Shown here piece by piece: positions 56,071-64,000 of a DNA stretch of 64,000 nt (position 1 is the stretch's first letter; the number at the start of each line of letters is the position of its first letter). The notes beneath the pieces were generated by a model. That model was not told the DNA's origin and did no database searches. It saw only the letters and a list, made by a program, of their open reading frames with translations. The translations under genes and the position numbers were made by a program. This DNA comes from Candidatus Epulonipiscium sp. (lineage in GTDB: Bacteria; Bacillota; Clostridia; Lachnospirales; Defluviitaleaceae): the NCBI GenBank assembly GCA_012519205.1, contig JAAYQR010000028.1, forward strand, positions 4,411-68,410. The letters are read 5' to 3'.

Positions 56071-57119
56071 AGTGCCACCTTCTTATGTTTGTATAGAAGA
56101 TAAATAAAATAGGGCGCCCCGAAAAGGGCAGTCACCGCCCCCACAGGGATTTCTGAAGGAGCAATAAGGGTCCTTGATAGGGTATCACAAATAATTAGAA
56201 ATATACTCCCCCCCAAAGCGGAAAAAGGGATAAGTACCCTATTATCGGCTCCAATCAACATACGCATAATATGAGGAATGACAAGTCCAACAAAACCTAT
56301 CAGCCCACTTACTGATACAACTGCTCCAATAAGGATGGAACAAATAATAATTAAAATCTTTTTGACTTTTTCTATTTCTATCCCAAGGGTCTTTGCGGTT
56401 TCATCTCCCATTAATAAAACATTTAAATCTCTCGAAAATACCCACAACAAAATATTCCCTAAAACAACAAAGGGGGTCAAGAATACAACCTGTCTCCAGC
56501 TAGCTGTTGAAACACTTCCCATTACCCAAAAAATTATCTTTTCTATTTGATTTCTATTAAAAATCATAAGAATTGACATAATCGATGACCATAATTGACT
56601 TATTGCTATTCCAGAAAGTAAAAGAGTTATGGTTGGAAGTCTTGCTCCTGTTTTTGCAATCTTGTATACCATTATCACTGTAAGAAAAGCCCCAAAAAAT
56701 GCCCCAAGACTTATAAATCCAAATCCCAGTACTGTGCTATTAAGCCCTAAAACAATAGCTATTGTAGCTCCAAGCCCCGCTCCAGATGAAATCCCGATAA
56801 CATATGGATCTGCCATGGGATTTTTAAATATACCTTGAAAAGCTGCCCCAACCACCGAGAGTCCCATTCCCACTAGACCTGCTAGTATAATCCTAGGAAG
56901 TCTAATGTTTAATATAATAGTTTCATGGGATTCTATAATTTCACCATGGGGTAGTATGTCTTTTATAAATGGCAGTCTTCGAAACAAAACCATACTAAAC
57001 TGTCTAAGAGATATATCCGCACTCCCAAAGGTAGATGAAATAAAAATAACAGAAAATAAAATCCCTAGACCTATTATAAACAATATATAAAAATATCTTT
57101 TTTTCCTTAAGTAACCCAT
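56067..57119 (-). CDS. FecCD/BtuC-family ABC transporter permease
   Basis: 350 aa polytopic protein. NIRLPRIILAGLVGMGLSVVGAAFQGIFKNPMADPYVIGISSGA is typical of FecCD. Confidence 0.88.
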   Translation of the reverse strand: MGYLRKKRYFYILFIIGLGILFSVIFISSTFGSADISLRQFSMVLFRRLPFIKDILPHGEIIESHETIILNIRLPRIILAGLVGMGLSVVGAAFQGIFKNPMADPYVIGISSGAGLGATIAIVLGLNSTVLGFGFISLGAFFGAFLTVIMVYKIAKTGARLPTITLLLSGIAISQLWSSIMSILMIFNRNQIEKIIFWVMGSVSTASWRQVVFLTPFVVLGNILLWVFSRDLNVLLMGDETAKTLGIEIEKVKKILIIICSILIGAVVSVSGLIGFVGLVIPHIMRMLIGADNRVLIPFSALGGSIFLIICDTLSRTLIAPSEIPVGAVTALFGAPYFIYLLYKHKKVAL

Positions 57120-57145
57120 AAACTTCCTCTTTTCGCTAATAACCC

Positions 57146-58090
57146 TTAATTAAATAACTCCGGATGGATAAGTTTTGCCAGTTCTTCTAACCCCTGTGCC
57201 ACCCTAGGCCCTTGTCTATCCAGTAGATTATTATCGATTTCTAATAATCTGTCCCCTTTAACTGCTGATAAATCTTTATAACCTTGGGCATTTTCTATAC
57301 CCGATTTGGCATCATAGTATTTAGAACAAATTAGTATATCAGGATTTTGTTCAACTATCTTCTCTAAACTATACTGCCAACCTTCCAAATCTCTTGCAGC
57401 ATTTTCGCCCCCCGCCATCTCTATCATTTTTCCTATGAAAGTATCCCCCCCAGCGGTATAATCCCCCGCTTCTCCAAAACCTACTACATAGTATATAGAG
57501 GGCTTAGGTTCATCCTTTACTTTATCTATTACATTTTGAACTTTATCTTTCATATCTGTAACCATAGCTTCCGCTTTAGGGGAAACATTTAAGATTTGCC
57601 CCATTGTAGTTATGGTATCGTAAATCCCCTCAAAACTTTGATTGCTATCTAAAATAAGCACCTGGATATTTAATTCCTGAAGTTTTGCATCGGCTTCCCT
57701 AGTAAAAATTCTTGAAGCAAGAACGATGTCTGGTTTGAGTTCTGCAATTTTTTCTATACTGGGATTATCTATACCACCAACAGATTCGATATTTTGCACT
57801 TCCTCGGGATAATCACAATAATCTGATTTACCTGTTAGCCTTTGCTGTTCCCCTAGGGCAAATATAATTTCAGTTATATCAGGATTTACCGATATAATTT
57901 TTTGAGGTTCTTTTTCGATAGTTATTTCTCTTCCATGGGCATCCGTAAGAACTATTGGATATAAATTATCCCCTTCTTTATTAACTTCCCCACTGCCCCC
58001 TATCGCTGTATTTTCTTTAGCACATCCTGTAAAAATGGTAGCCGTTCCTAAAATCATAAATATTAATAATATACTTAAATATTTCTTCAT
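57146..58090 (-). CDS. BtuF-like (class III) substrate-binding lipoprotein
   Basis: Lipobox MKKYLSILLIFMILGTATIFTGC. PBP type 2 (Peripla_BP_2) layout. Sits downstream of a cobalamin riboswitch. Confidence 0.8.
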   Translation of the reverse strand: MKKYLSILLIFMILGTATIFTGCAKENTAIGGSGEVNKEGDNLYPIVLTDAHGREITIEKEPQKIISVNPDITEIIFALGEQQRLTGKSDYCDYPEEVQNIESVGGIDNPSIEKIAELKPDIVLASRIFTREADAKLQELNIQVLILDSNQSFEGIYDTITTMGQILNVSPKAEAMVTDMKDKVQNVIDKVKDEPKPSIYYVVGFGEAGDYTAGGDTFIGKMIEMAGGENAARDLEGWQYSLEKIVEQNPDILICSKYYDAKSGIENAQGYKDLSAVKGDRLLEIDNNLLDRQGPRVAQGLEELAKLIHPELFN

Positions 58091-58142
58091 CTTTTTACTC
58101 CTTTAAAGTAGTTTAGTAAATTTGTTCTTGAATTTTTACAAT

Positions 58143-58357
58143 AAAAAAACACACCGACGGTGTGGAATTTTCCACCCCTCCCTCCGAGAGTTGAATTAAT
58201 ATCAGTTTTGGCAGGTTTCCTGGCTTATGGTTCATCTTACTCTCCAACCTTCTCGGTTTCCCAATGGCATTTTGGATTTCATCACCATTTACAGTAGCGG
58301 GGGCTGCAACGGATTTACACCGTCTTCCCTTTTAACCCATTTTAAAGGGCACCATAA
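58143..58357 (-). promoter_or_regulatory. Cobalamin (B12) riboswitch with an intrinsic terminator as expression platform
   Basis: Minus strand reads GGTGCCC...GGTTAAAAGGGAAGACGGTGTAAATCCGTTGCAGCCCCCGCTACTGTAA...GCCATTGGGAAACCGAGAAGG...AAGCCAGGAAACCTGCC. This carries the conserved core and B12 box. It ends in CACACCGTCGGTGTG followed by U7 (58143-58165). Confidence 0.88.
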
Positions 58358-58452
58358 ACTTTTATTATCTTTTAAAATATATTTATTGTAGCACTTCTTA
58401 AATTTTAACGCAAGGTACCTAATGGTAAAAAAAATAGGAATGCAAAGCATTC

Positions 58453-60126
58453 CTATTGTAGTTCCTCTGTGATTACATCTTCTATAGCCTTACCCGGCGG
58501 TACCATCGGTAGCACTTTTTCATCTATATCTACATGGCAATCTAATATAACCGGTGCTTTTAAGGAGAGAGCTTCCCCTAATGCAATATCTAGCTCTTCC
58601 TCAGTAGTGATTTTGTATCCCTTGGCCCCGTAGGCCTCAGCTAATTTTACAAAATCAGGACCTCTATCTAAGGTTGTAGCAGAATGTCTGCCTCCATAAA
58701 ACATGGTCTGCCATTGTCTAACCATACCTAAGGTTCCATTATTAATAACTACTATAATAATCGGGATATTATAAGCGTTGATAGTTGCTAATTCATTGCA
58801 GTTCATTCTAAAACTTCCATCTCCTGCAATATGAACAACTTGTTTTTCAGGCATTCCGATTTGAGCTCCTATAGCCGCCCCTGTACCATATCCCATAGTT
58901 CCAAGTCCTCCCGATGTTATATAAGTACGGGGTGTAGTAAATTTATAATATTGAGCTGCCCACATTTGGTGCTGTCCAACTTCTGTTGTGATTATGGCTC
59001 CACCCTGTGTCTTTTCATAAATCTTCTCTATAACTTGTTGAGGCATTAGACTACCGTTTTTATTATAACCTACAGGATATTCTTTCATTAAATCGTCTAT
59101 CCTTTCGTTCCATTTGCCCCTTGTCTTGCCTTCTAACTGTGTATTTAGCAGTTTTAAAACTTCTTTTAGGTCACCTATTATATGGCGATGGGTATGAATA
59201 TTCTTATTTATTTCTGCAGGGTCAATATCTATATGAAGTACCTTGGCATCCGGTGCAAATCTCTCTAGTTTACTAACAACCCTATCGCTAAAACGAGCGC
59301 CGATGGCAATAAGCAAGTCACATTCTGTAGCTGCTATATTTGATGCCTTTGTTCCATGCATTCCAATCATACCTGTATAAAGCCCGTGGGTTGCTGGGAA
59401 TGCTCCTTGTCCCATTAGGCTGCAAGCCACAGGAGCGTTGATTTTTTCTGCAAAGTCTACCAATTCGCTAGAAGCATTGGCGTATCCTACTCCCCCACCT
59501 GCATATACAAAGGGTCTTTTTGAGTTATTGATTAATTCAAGCGCTCTATTTATATCTTTTTCCCTAATATATTCCGTATTTGTGGGAATAGGTTTCGGCT
59601 CTTGGTATTTATAGTTTGTATAAGCCGCAGTTATATCCTTTGGAATATCTATAAGAACTGGACCCGGACGTCCTTCCTTTGCTATATAAAATGCCTTTCT
59701 TATGGTATCTGCTAATTCGTTTACATCTTTTACAATAAAATTATGTTTTGTAATAGGCATGGTTATTCCGCAAATATCCACCTCTTGAAAACTATCTTTT
59801 CCCAAGAGAGAAATGGGTACATTCCCAGTTATGGCTACCATAGGAACCGAATCCATATAAGCAGTTGCTATGCCTGTTACTAGATTGGTTGCTCCGGGGC
59901 CAGAAGTCGCTATACACACTCCTACTTTTCCTGTAACCCTTGCATAGCCATCGGCTGCATGGGATGCCCCCTGCTCATGGGCGGTTAATATATGTCTTAT
60001 TTCATTTTGATGTTTATATAACTCGTCGTATATGTTTAAAACAGCCCCTCCAGGGTATCCAAAAACCGTGTCGACTCCTTGTTCTTTTAAACATTCTATT
60101 AAAATCTGTGAACCCGTCAGCTGCAT
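58453..60126 (-). CDS. ilvB: Acetolactate synthase (acetohydroxyacid synthase) large subunit
   Basis: 557 aa ThDP enzyme. GYPGGAVLNIYDEL, and a ThDP motif GDGSFRMNCNELATI...NNGTLGMVRQWQ. Confidence 0.9.
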   Translation of the reverse strand: MQLTGSQILIECLKEQGVDTVFGYPGGAVLNIYDELYKHQNEIRHILTAHEQGASHAADGYARVTGKVGVCIATSGPGATNLVTGIATAYMDSVPMVAITGNVPISLLGKDSFQEVDICGITMPITKHNFIVKDVNELADTIRKAFYIAKEGRPGPVLIDIPKDITAAYTNYKYQEPKPIPTNTEYIREKDINRALELINNSKRPFVYAGGGVGYANASSELVDFAEKINAPVACSLMGQGAFPATHGLYTGMIGMHGTKASNIAATECDLLIAIGARFSDRVVSKLERFAPDAKVLHIDIDPAEINKNIHTHRHIIGDLKEVLKLLNTQLEGKTRGKWNERIDDLMKEYPVGYNKNGSLMPQQVIEKIYEKTQGGAIITTEVGQHQMWAAQYYKFTTPRTYITSGGLGTMGYGTGAAIGAQIGMPEKQVVHIAGDGSFRMNCNELATINAYNIPIIIVVINNGTLGMVRQWQTMFYGGRHSATTLDRGPDFVKLAEAYGAKGYKITTEEELDIALGEALSLKAPVILDCHVDIDEKVLPMVPPGKAIEDVITEELQ

Positions 60127-60238
60127 AAGTTTCCTCCTTCTTTTATAAGAAAAGCGGCTATCGCCGCATTATCTTATATATAAATTTACTATGTTTATAC
60201 TTTGTGGGCAGGTTTTTACACCTACCCTAGCAAAGTAA

Positions 60239-61900
60239 TTAGTTCTTAAGTACTCCGCCTGTGCTGGCAGATGTAACTAATTTTGCATATCTCGCAAGGT
60301 ATCCTGTTTTTATTTTAGGCTCCGGTACAACCCATTTTTCTTTTCTTGCTTCTAATTCTTCATCAGAAACTTCTAGCTGGAGTATACCTTTTACCATATC
60401 TATTGAGATGATATCCCCCTCTTCTACGAAAGCTATAGGACCTCCTTCAGCAGCCTCTGGGGATACATGGCCAATAGAGGCTCCTCTTGTTGCTCCGCTA
60501 AATCTTCCATCGGTGATAAGAGCTACATCCTTATCAAGCCCCATACCTGCTAGTGCCGATGTAGGGGTAAGCATTTCTCTCATCCCTGGACCACCCTTAG
60601 GTCCTTCATACCTGATAACAACTACCTCACCTTTATTTATCTTCCCCCCATAAATCGCCTCATTAACTTCTTCCTCAGAATCAAATACCCTAGCAGGACC
60701 CTTGTGAACAAGCATCTCTTCTGCCACTGCCGAACGTTTCACAACACATCCGTCCGGTGCTAAGTTTCCTTTTAATACGGCGATACCACCGGTTTGGCTA
60801 TATGGATTTTCGATTGGACGAATGATATCATGATTACGATTAAATGCAGGAGCAATATTTTCTCCTACAGTCTTTCCCGTAACCGTTGGAAGAGATAGAT
60901 TTAATAAGTCTTTTTTAGAAAGCTCTTTCATTACTGCTTGCACTCCCCCTGCTTCAAATAAATCTACAATGAAGCTAGGTCCTGCTGGAGCTAGTTTGCA
61001 TAAGTTAGGGGTCTTTGCACTGATTTCATTGGCAAGTTCTAAGTTTAGTAAAACCCCTGCTTCATGGGCAATAGCAGGAAGATGAAGCATGCTATTGGTG
61101 CTGCAGCCCAGAGCCATATCGACAGTTAAGGCATTTAAAAATGCTTCCTTGGTCATAATATCCTTCGGCTTTACATCTCGTTTTAAAAGTTCCATGACTG
61201 TCATTCCTGCTTTTTTAGCCAAACGTATCCTATCAGCATATACCGCAGGAATAGTGCCATTTCCAGGGAGCCCCATACCCAATGCTTCTGTTAAACAATT
61301 CATGCTATTTGCGGTAAACATACCAGAACAGGAGCCACAGCTTTGACAGGCAGAATCTTCGCATTTACGGAGTTCTTCTTCAGTCATTGTCCCAGCCTTA
61401 ACTGCTCCAACCGCTTCGAATACATCTGTTAAACTCAGTCTTTTTCCTTCCATACTTCCCGGCAGCATAGCTCCCCCACTTACAACAATGGTAGGAATAT
61501 TAACCCTTGCTGCTGCCATAAGCATAGCTGGAACGATTTTATCACAGTTTGGTATCATAACCAAAGCATCAAAACTATGGGCCATTGCCATGGTTTCTAT
61601 GGAATCCGCTATAAGTTCCCTTGAAGCTAGGGAATAATGCATTCCTATATGCCCCATAGCTATTCCATCACATACTCCTATGGCAGGAAACTCTATAGGA
61701 GTCCCTCCACCCATTCTAACCCCGGCCTTTACTGCTTCTGTGATGGTGTCCAGATGAATATGTCCGGGGATAATTTCATTCTTTGCATTCACTATACCTA
61801 TTAGAGGTTGTCTTATTTCTTCATCTGTATAACCCATCGCCTTAAATAAGGAACGATGAGGTGCTCTTTCTAGCCCACTTTTTGCACGATCGCTTCTCAT
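60239..61900 (-). CDS. ilvD: Dihydroxy-acid dehydratase
   Basis: 553 aa. [30 protein letters not shown] and [12 protein letters not shown] are IlvD blocks. Confidence 0.93.
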   Translation of the reverse strand: MRSDRAKSGLERAPHRSLFKAMGYTDEEIRQPLIGIVNAKNEIIPGHIHLDTITEAVKAGVRMGGGTPIEFPAIGVCDGIAMGHIGMHYSLASRELIADSIETMAMAHSFDALVMIPNCDKIVPAMLMAAARVNIPTIVVSGGAMLPGSMEGKRLSLTDVFEAVGAVKAGTMTEEELRKCEDSACQSCGSCSGMFTANSMNCLTEALGMGLPGNGTIPAVYADRIRLAKKAGMTVMELLKRDVKPKDIMTKEAFLNALTVDMALGCSTNSMLHLPAIAHEAGVLLNLELANEISAKTPNLCKLAPAGPSFIVDLFEAGGVQAVMKELSKKDLLNLSLPTVTGKTVGENIAPAFNRNHDIIRPIENPYSQTGGIAVLKGNLAPDGCVVKRSAVAEEMLVHKGPARVFDSEEEVNEAIYGGKINKGEVVVIRYEGPKGGPGMREMLTPTSALAGMGLDKDVALITDGRFSGATRGASIGHVSPEAAEGGPIAFVEEGDIISIDMVKGILQLEVSDEELEARKEKWVVPEPKIKTGYLARYAKLVTSASTGGVLKN

Positions 61901-61911
61901 ACTATCACTCC

Positions 61912-62796
61912 TTATTTGTAAATTGCTTCTCCATTACTATTTGCATATGATTGAAATGCTTCAAGAAGTTTTTTTGTTATCGGACCTGCGACACCATTTC
62001 CGATAACTCTTCCATCAACTTCGGTAACAGCAATGGCCTCTGCCGCTGTCCCTGTTAGGAAACATTCATCAGCATTATATACGTTAAATAAAGTAAATTC
62101 TTTTTCTACTACTTCCATGCCCATATCTTTTGCTAAATCCATTACGGTTCTTCTTGTAATCCCATCGAGAATTCCTATATGGATTGGTGGGGTATAGACT
62201 ACATTATCCTTTACGATAAAAATATTATCCCCTGTGCATTCTGCTACAATCCCATCATGGTTGAGCATCAATGCTTCCGGAACCCCTGCACGGTTTGCTT
62301 CTATTTTTGCAAGAATATTGTTAAGATAATTTAACGACTTAATTTGAGGGTCAACAATGGTTGCCTTGTTTCTTCTTTGAGCTGCTGTGATGATTGGCAT
62401 TCCCTTTTCATACATTTCCGGTGGGTAAAGTGTAATCGTTGAGGAGATACAAAATACTGTAGGTTTAGGACATTTAGTGGGACTAAGTCCTAGATCTCCC
62501 GCTCCTCTTGTTACAACCAAACGAATATATCCATCTTTTATATTGTTTTTTCTACAAGTTTCAAGTAAAATTTCCTTCATTTCTTCCTTGGTCATAGGGA
62601 TTTCTAGCATAATAGCCTTGGCTGCTGCATAAATCCTATCAATATGCTCTTTGCATTTGAATATACACCCATTATAAGCGCGAATACCTTCAAATACACC
62701 GTCCCCATATAGTAAACCATGATCAAATACAGATACCTTTGCCTCTGACTTTTTTACATATTCTCCGTCTAAATAAATGATTAATTCATCGGACAT
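61912..62796 (-). CDS. ilvE: Branched-chain amino acid aminotransferase (PLP fold type IV)
   Basis: 294 aa. [16 protein letters not shown] and GITRRTV motifs. Lies in an ilv/leu gene context. Confidence 0.82.
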   Translation of the reverse strand: MSDELIIYLDGEYVKKSEAKVSVFDHGLLYGDGVFEGIRAYNGCIFKCKEHIDRIYAAAKAIMLEIPMTKEEMKEILLETCRKNNIKDGYIRLVVTRGAGDLGLSPTKCPKPTVFCISSTITLYPPEMYEKGMPIITAAQRRNKATIVDPQIKSLNYLNNILAKIEANRAGVPEALMLNHDGIVAECTGDNIFIVKDNVVYTPPIHIGILDGITRRTVMDLAKDMGMEVVEKEFTLFNVYNADECFLTGTAAEAIAVTEVDGRVIGNGVAGPITKKLLEAFQSYANSNGEAIYK

Positions 62797-62825
62797 ACTA
62801 CTACCTCCCGCTTTATCAGTTCGTT

Positions 62826-63896
62826 TTACAGTGCCTCTATAACAAGGCGGCCCATTTCTTTTGTTCCGATTAATTTCATACCCTCACTCATGATGTCCCC
62901 TGTGCGGAAGTTTTGTTCTAGTACCTTTGTTACTGCTTCTTCTATAGCAATTGCTTCTTTTTCTAAGTTAAAGGAATATCTAAGCATCATAGCCGCTGAA
63001 AGAATAGTAGCTAAAGGATTTGCTTTGTCTTGACCCGCTATATCAGGAGCAGAACCATGAATAGGCTCATACATTCCAAGGGTACCTTCCCCTAAACTAG
63101 CTGAAGGAAGCATTCCTATGGAACCAGTAATCATGCTGGCTTCATCGGATAATATATCCCCAAACATATTACTTGTAATAATAACGTCGAATTGCCTTGG
63201 ATTTCTAACTAACTGCATAGCTGCGTTATCTACATACATATGGTTTACTTCCACTTCTTCGTAATCCTTTGCCACTTCTTCTACTACTTTTCTCCAAAGT
63301 CGTGAGGATTCCAATATATTAGCTTTATCTATACTGGTTACTTTTTTGTTTCTTTTCATAGCAGCCTCAAAACCAACCCTTGCTATGCGTTCTACTTCCT
63401 TAATGGAATAACTTTCAGTATCGTAAGCTTCTTCACCCATCTTACCGGTTCTTCTTCCTCTTTCCCCAAAATAAATTCCACCGGTAAGTTCACGAACCAC
63501 TAATATATCCAATCCATCTCCTATAATTTCAGGCTTTAGAGGACAAGCATCTTTTAGCGCATTATGAAGTAGCGCAGGCCTAAGATTCGCAAAAAGTCCT
63601 AATTCTCCTCTAAGTCCTAAAAGAGCTTTCTCAGGTCTTTCATCCCCTGGTAAGTCATCCCACTTAGGTCCCCCAACAGCTCCCAACAATACAGAATCAC
63701 TTTTTTTGCAGATATCTATAGTCTCTTGTGGAAGGGGTTCTCCTTTTTTATCAATTGCCACTCCCCCAGCTAGCACTTCTGTGTAGTTAAAGGTATGACC
63801 AAACTTTTCACCGATTTTATCTAAAACAAGTATTGTTTGTTCTATAATGTCTGGACCTATTCCATCACCTGGGATGGTTGCTATATTAAATTTCAT
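62826..63896 (-). CDS. leuB: 3-isopropylmalate dehydrogenase
   Basis: 356 aa. [24 protein letters not shown] and [26 protein letters not shown] are typical of LeuB. Confidence 0.92.
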   Translation of the reverse strand: MKFNIATIPGDGIGPDIIEQTILVLDKIGEKFGHTFNYTEVLAGGVAIDKKGEPLPQETIDICKKSDSVLLGAVGGPKWDDLPGDERPEKALLGLRGELGLFANLRPALLHNALKDACPLKPEIIGDGLDILVVRELTGGIYFGERGRRTGKMGEEAYDTESYSIKEVERIARVGFEAAMKRNKKVTSIDKANILESSRLWRKVVEEVAKDYEEVEVNHMYVDNAAMQLVRNPRQFDVIITSNMFGDILSDEASMITGSIGMLPSASLGEGTLGMYEPIHGSAPDIAGQDKANPLATILSAAMMLRYSFNLEKEAIAIEEAVTKVLEQNFRTGDIMSEGMKLIGTKEMGRLVIEAL

Positions 63897-64000
63897 TTAA
63901 TTCCCTCCGTCTCTTAGTTTCAAAATAAAACACATTGTTCGTAATCTGAAAATCTATCATTTTGGGGCAGCGTAGAATACTGGTTGGAAATCCTTCGCTA

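Noticed and set aside
63897-64000. A possible 3' end of an upstream leu gene (leuD) on the minus strand at the right window edge.
   Set aside because: The only frame that is open to the edge and ends cleanly gives 14 codons (AKDFQPVFYAAPK, stop at 63957-63959). That is too short to identify.

Overview
64 kb chromosomal segment of a low-GC, spore-forming Firmicute (Clostridia-like). All calls rest on motif recognition and hand translation; no database search was run.

Left to right:
- 1-5293, minus strand: the effector half of a type I-C CRISPR-Cas operon, cas3-cas5c-cas8c with a nested cas11c, then the 5' end of cas7c running off the window. No CRISPR array is in the window.
- 5.4-7.0 kb: msrB and a Gfo/Idh/MocA oxidoreductase.
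- 7142-21310, minus strand: a tightly packed eight-gene operon, which I consider the most interesting object here. It encodes four lidless Hsp70 paralogs (one fused to a vWA domain, one with degenerate ATPase motifs), a 640-aa protein ending in a GrpE domain, a TPR protein and two large proteins of no family I recognise. It has no J-protein, no hrcA and no CIRCE element.
- 21.5-29.4 kb: cobD-like decarboxylase, a DUF815 ATPase, folT behind a THF riboswitch, and an XRE/cupin regulator with potABCD.
- 29.5-35.7 kb: a germination locus, sleC and a two-domain CspBA-like subtilase separated by hemerythrin-like and rubrerythrin genes.
- 35.7-43.5 kb: a frameshifted alpha/beta hydrolase, a DnaQ-like exonuclease, metA, an initiator tRNA-fMet, and sbcDC.
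- 44.6-51.7 kb: an AraR regulon (tal, araD, araR, araA, an FGGY kinase) with three operator palindromes, then glycerate kinase.
- 52-63.9 kb: marR-MATE, bioY with a BirA-type operator, a B12-riboswitch-controlled BtuFCD-like importer, and ilvB-ilvD-ilvE-leuB.

Three reading-frame breaks (one in potB, two in the hydrolase) all sit in homopolymer runs that are one base short. This points to consensus sequencing error at least as much as to real pseudogenisation.
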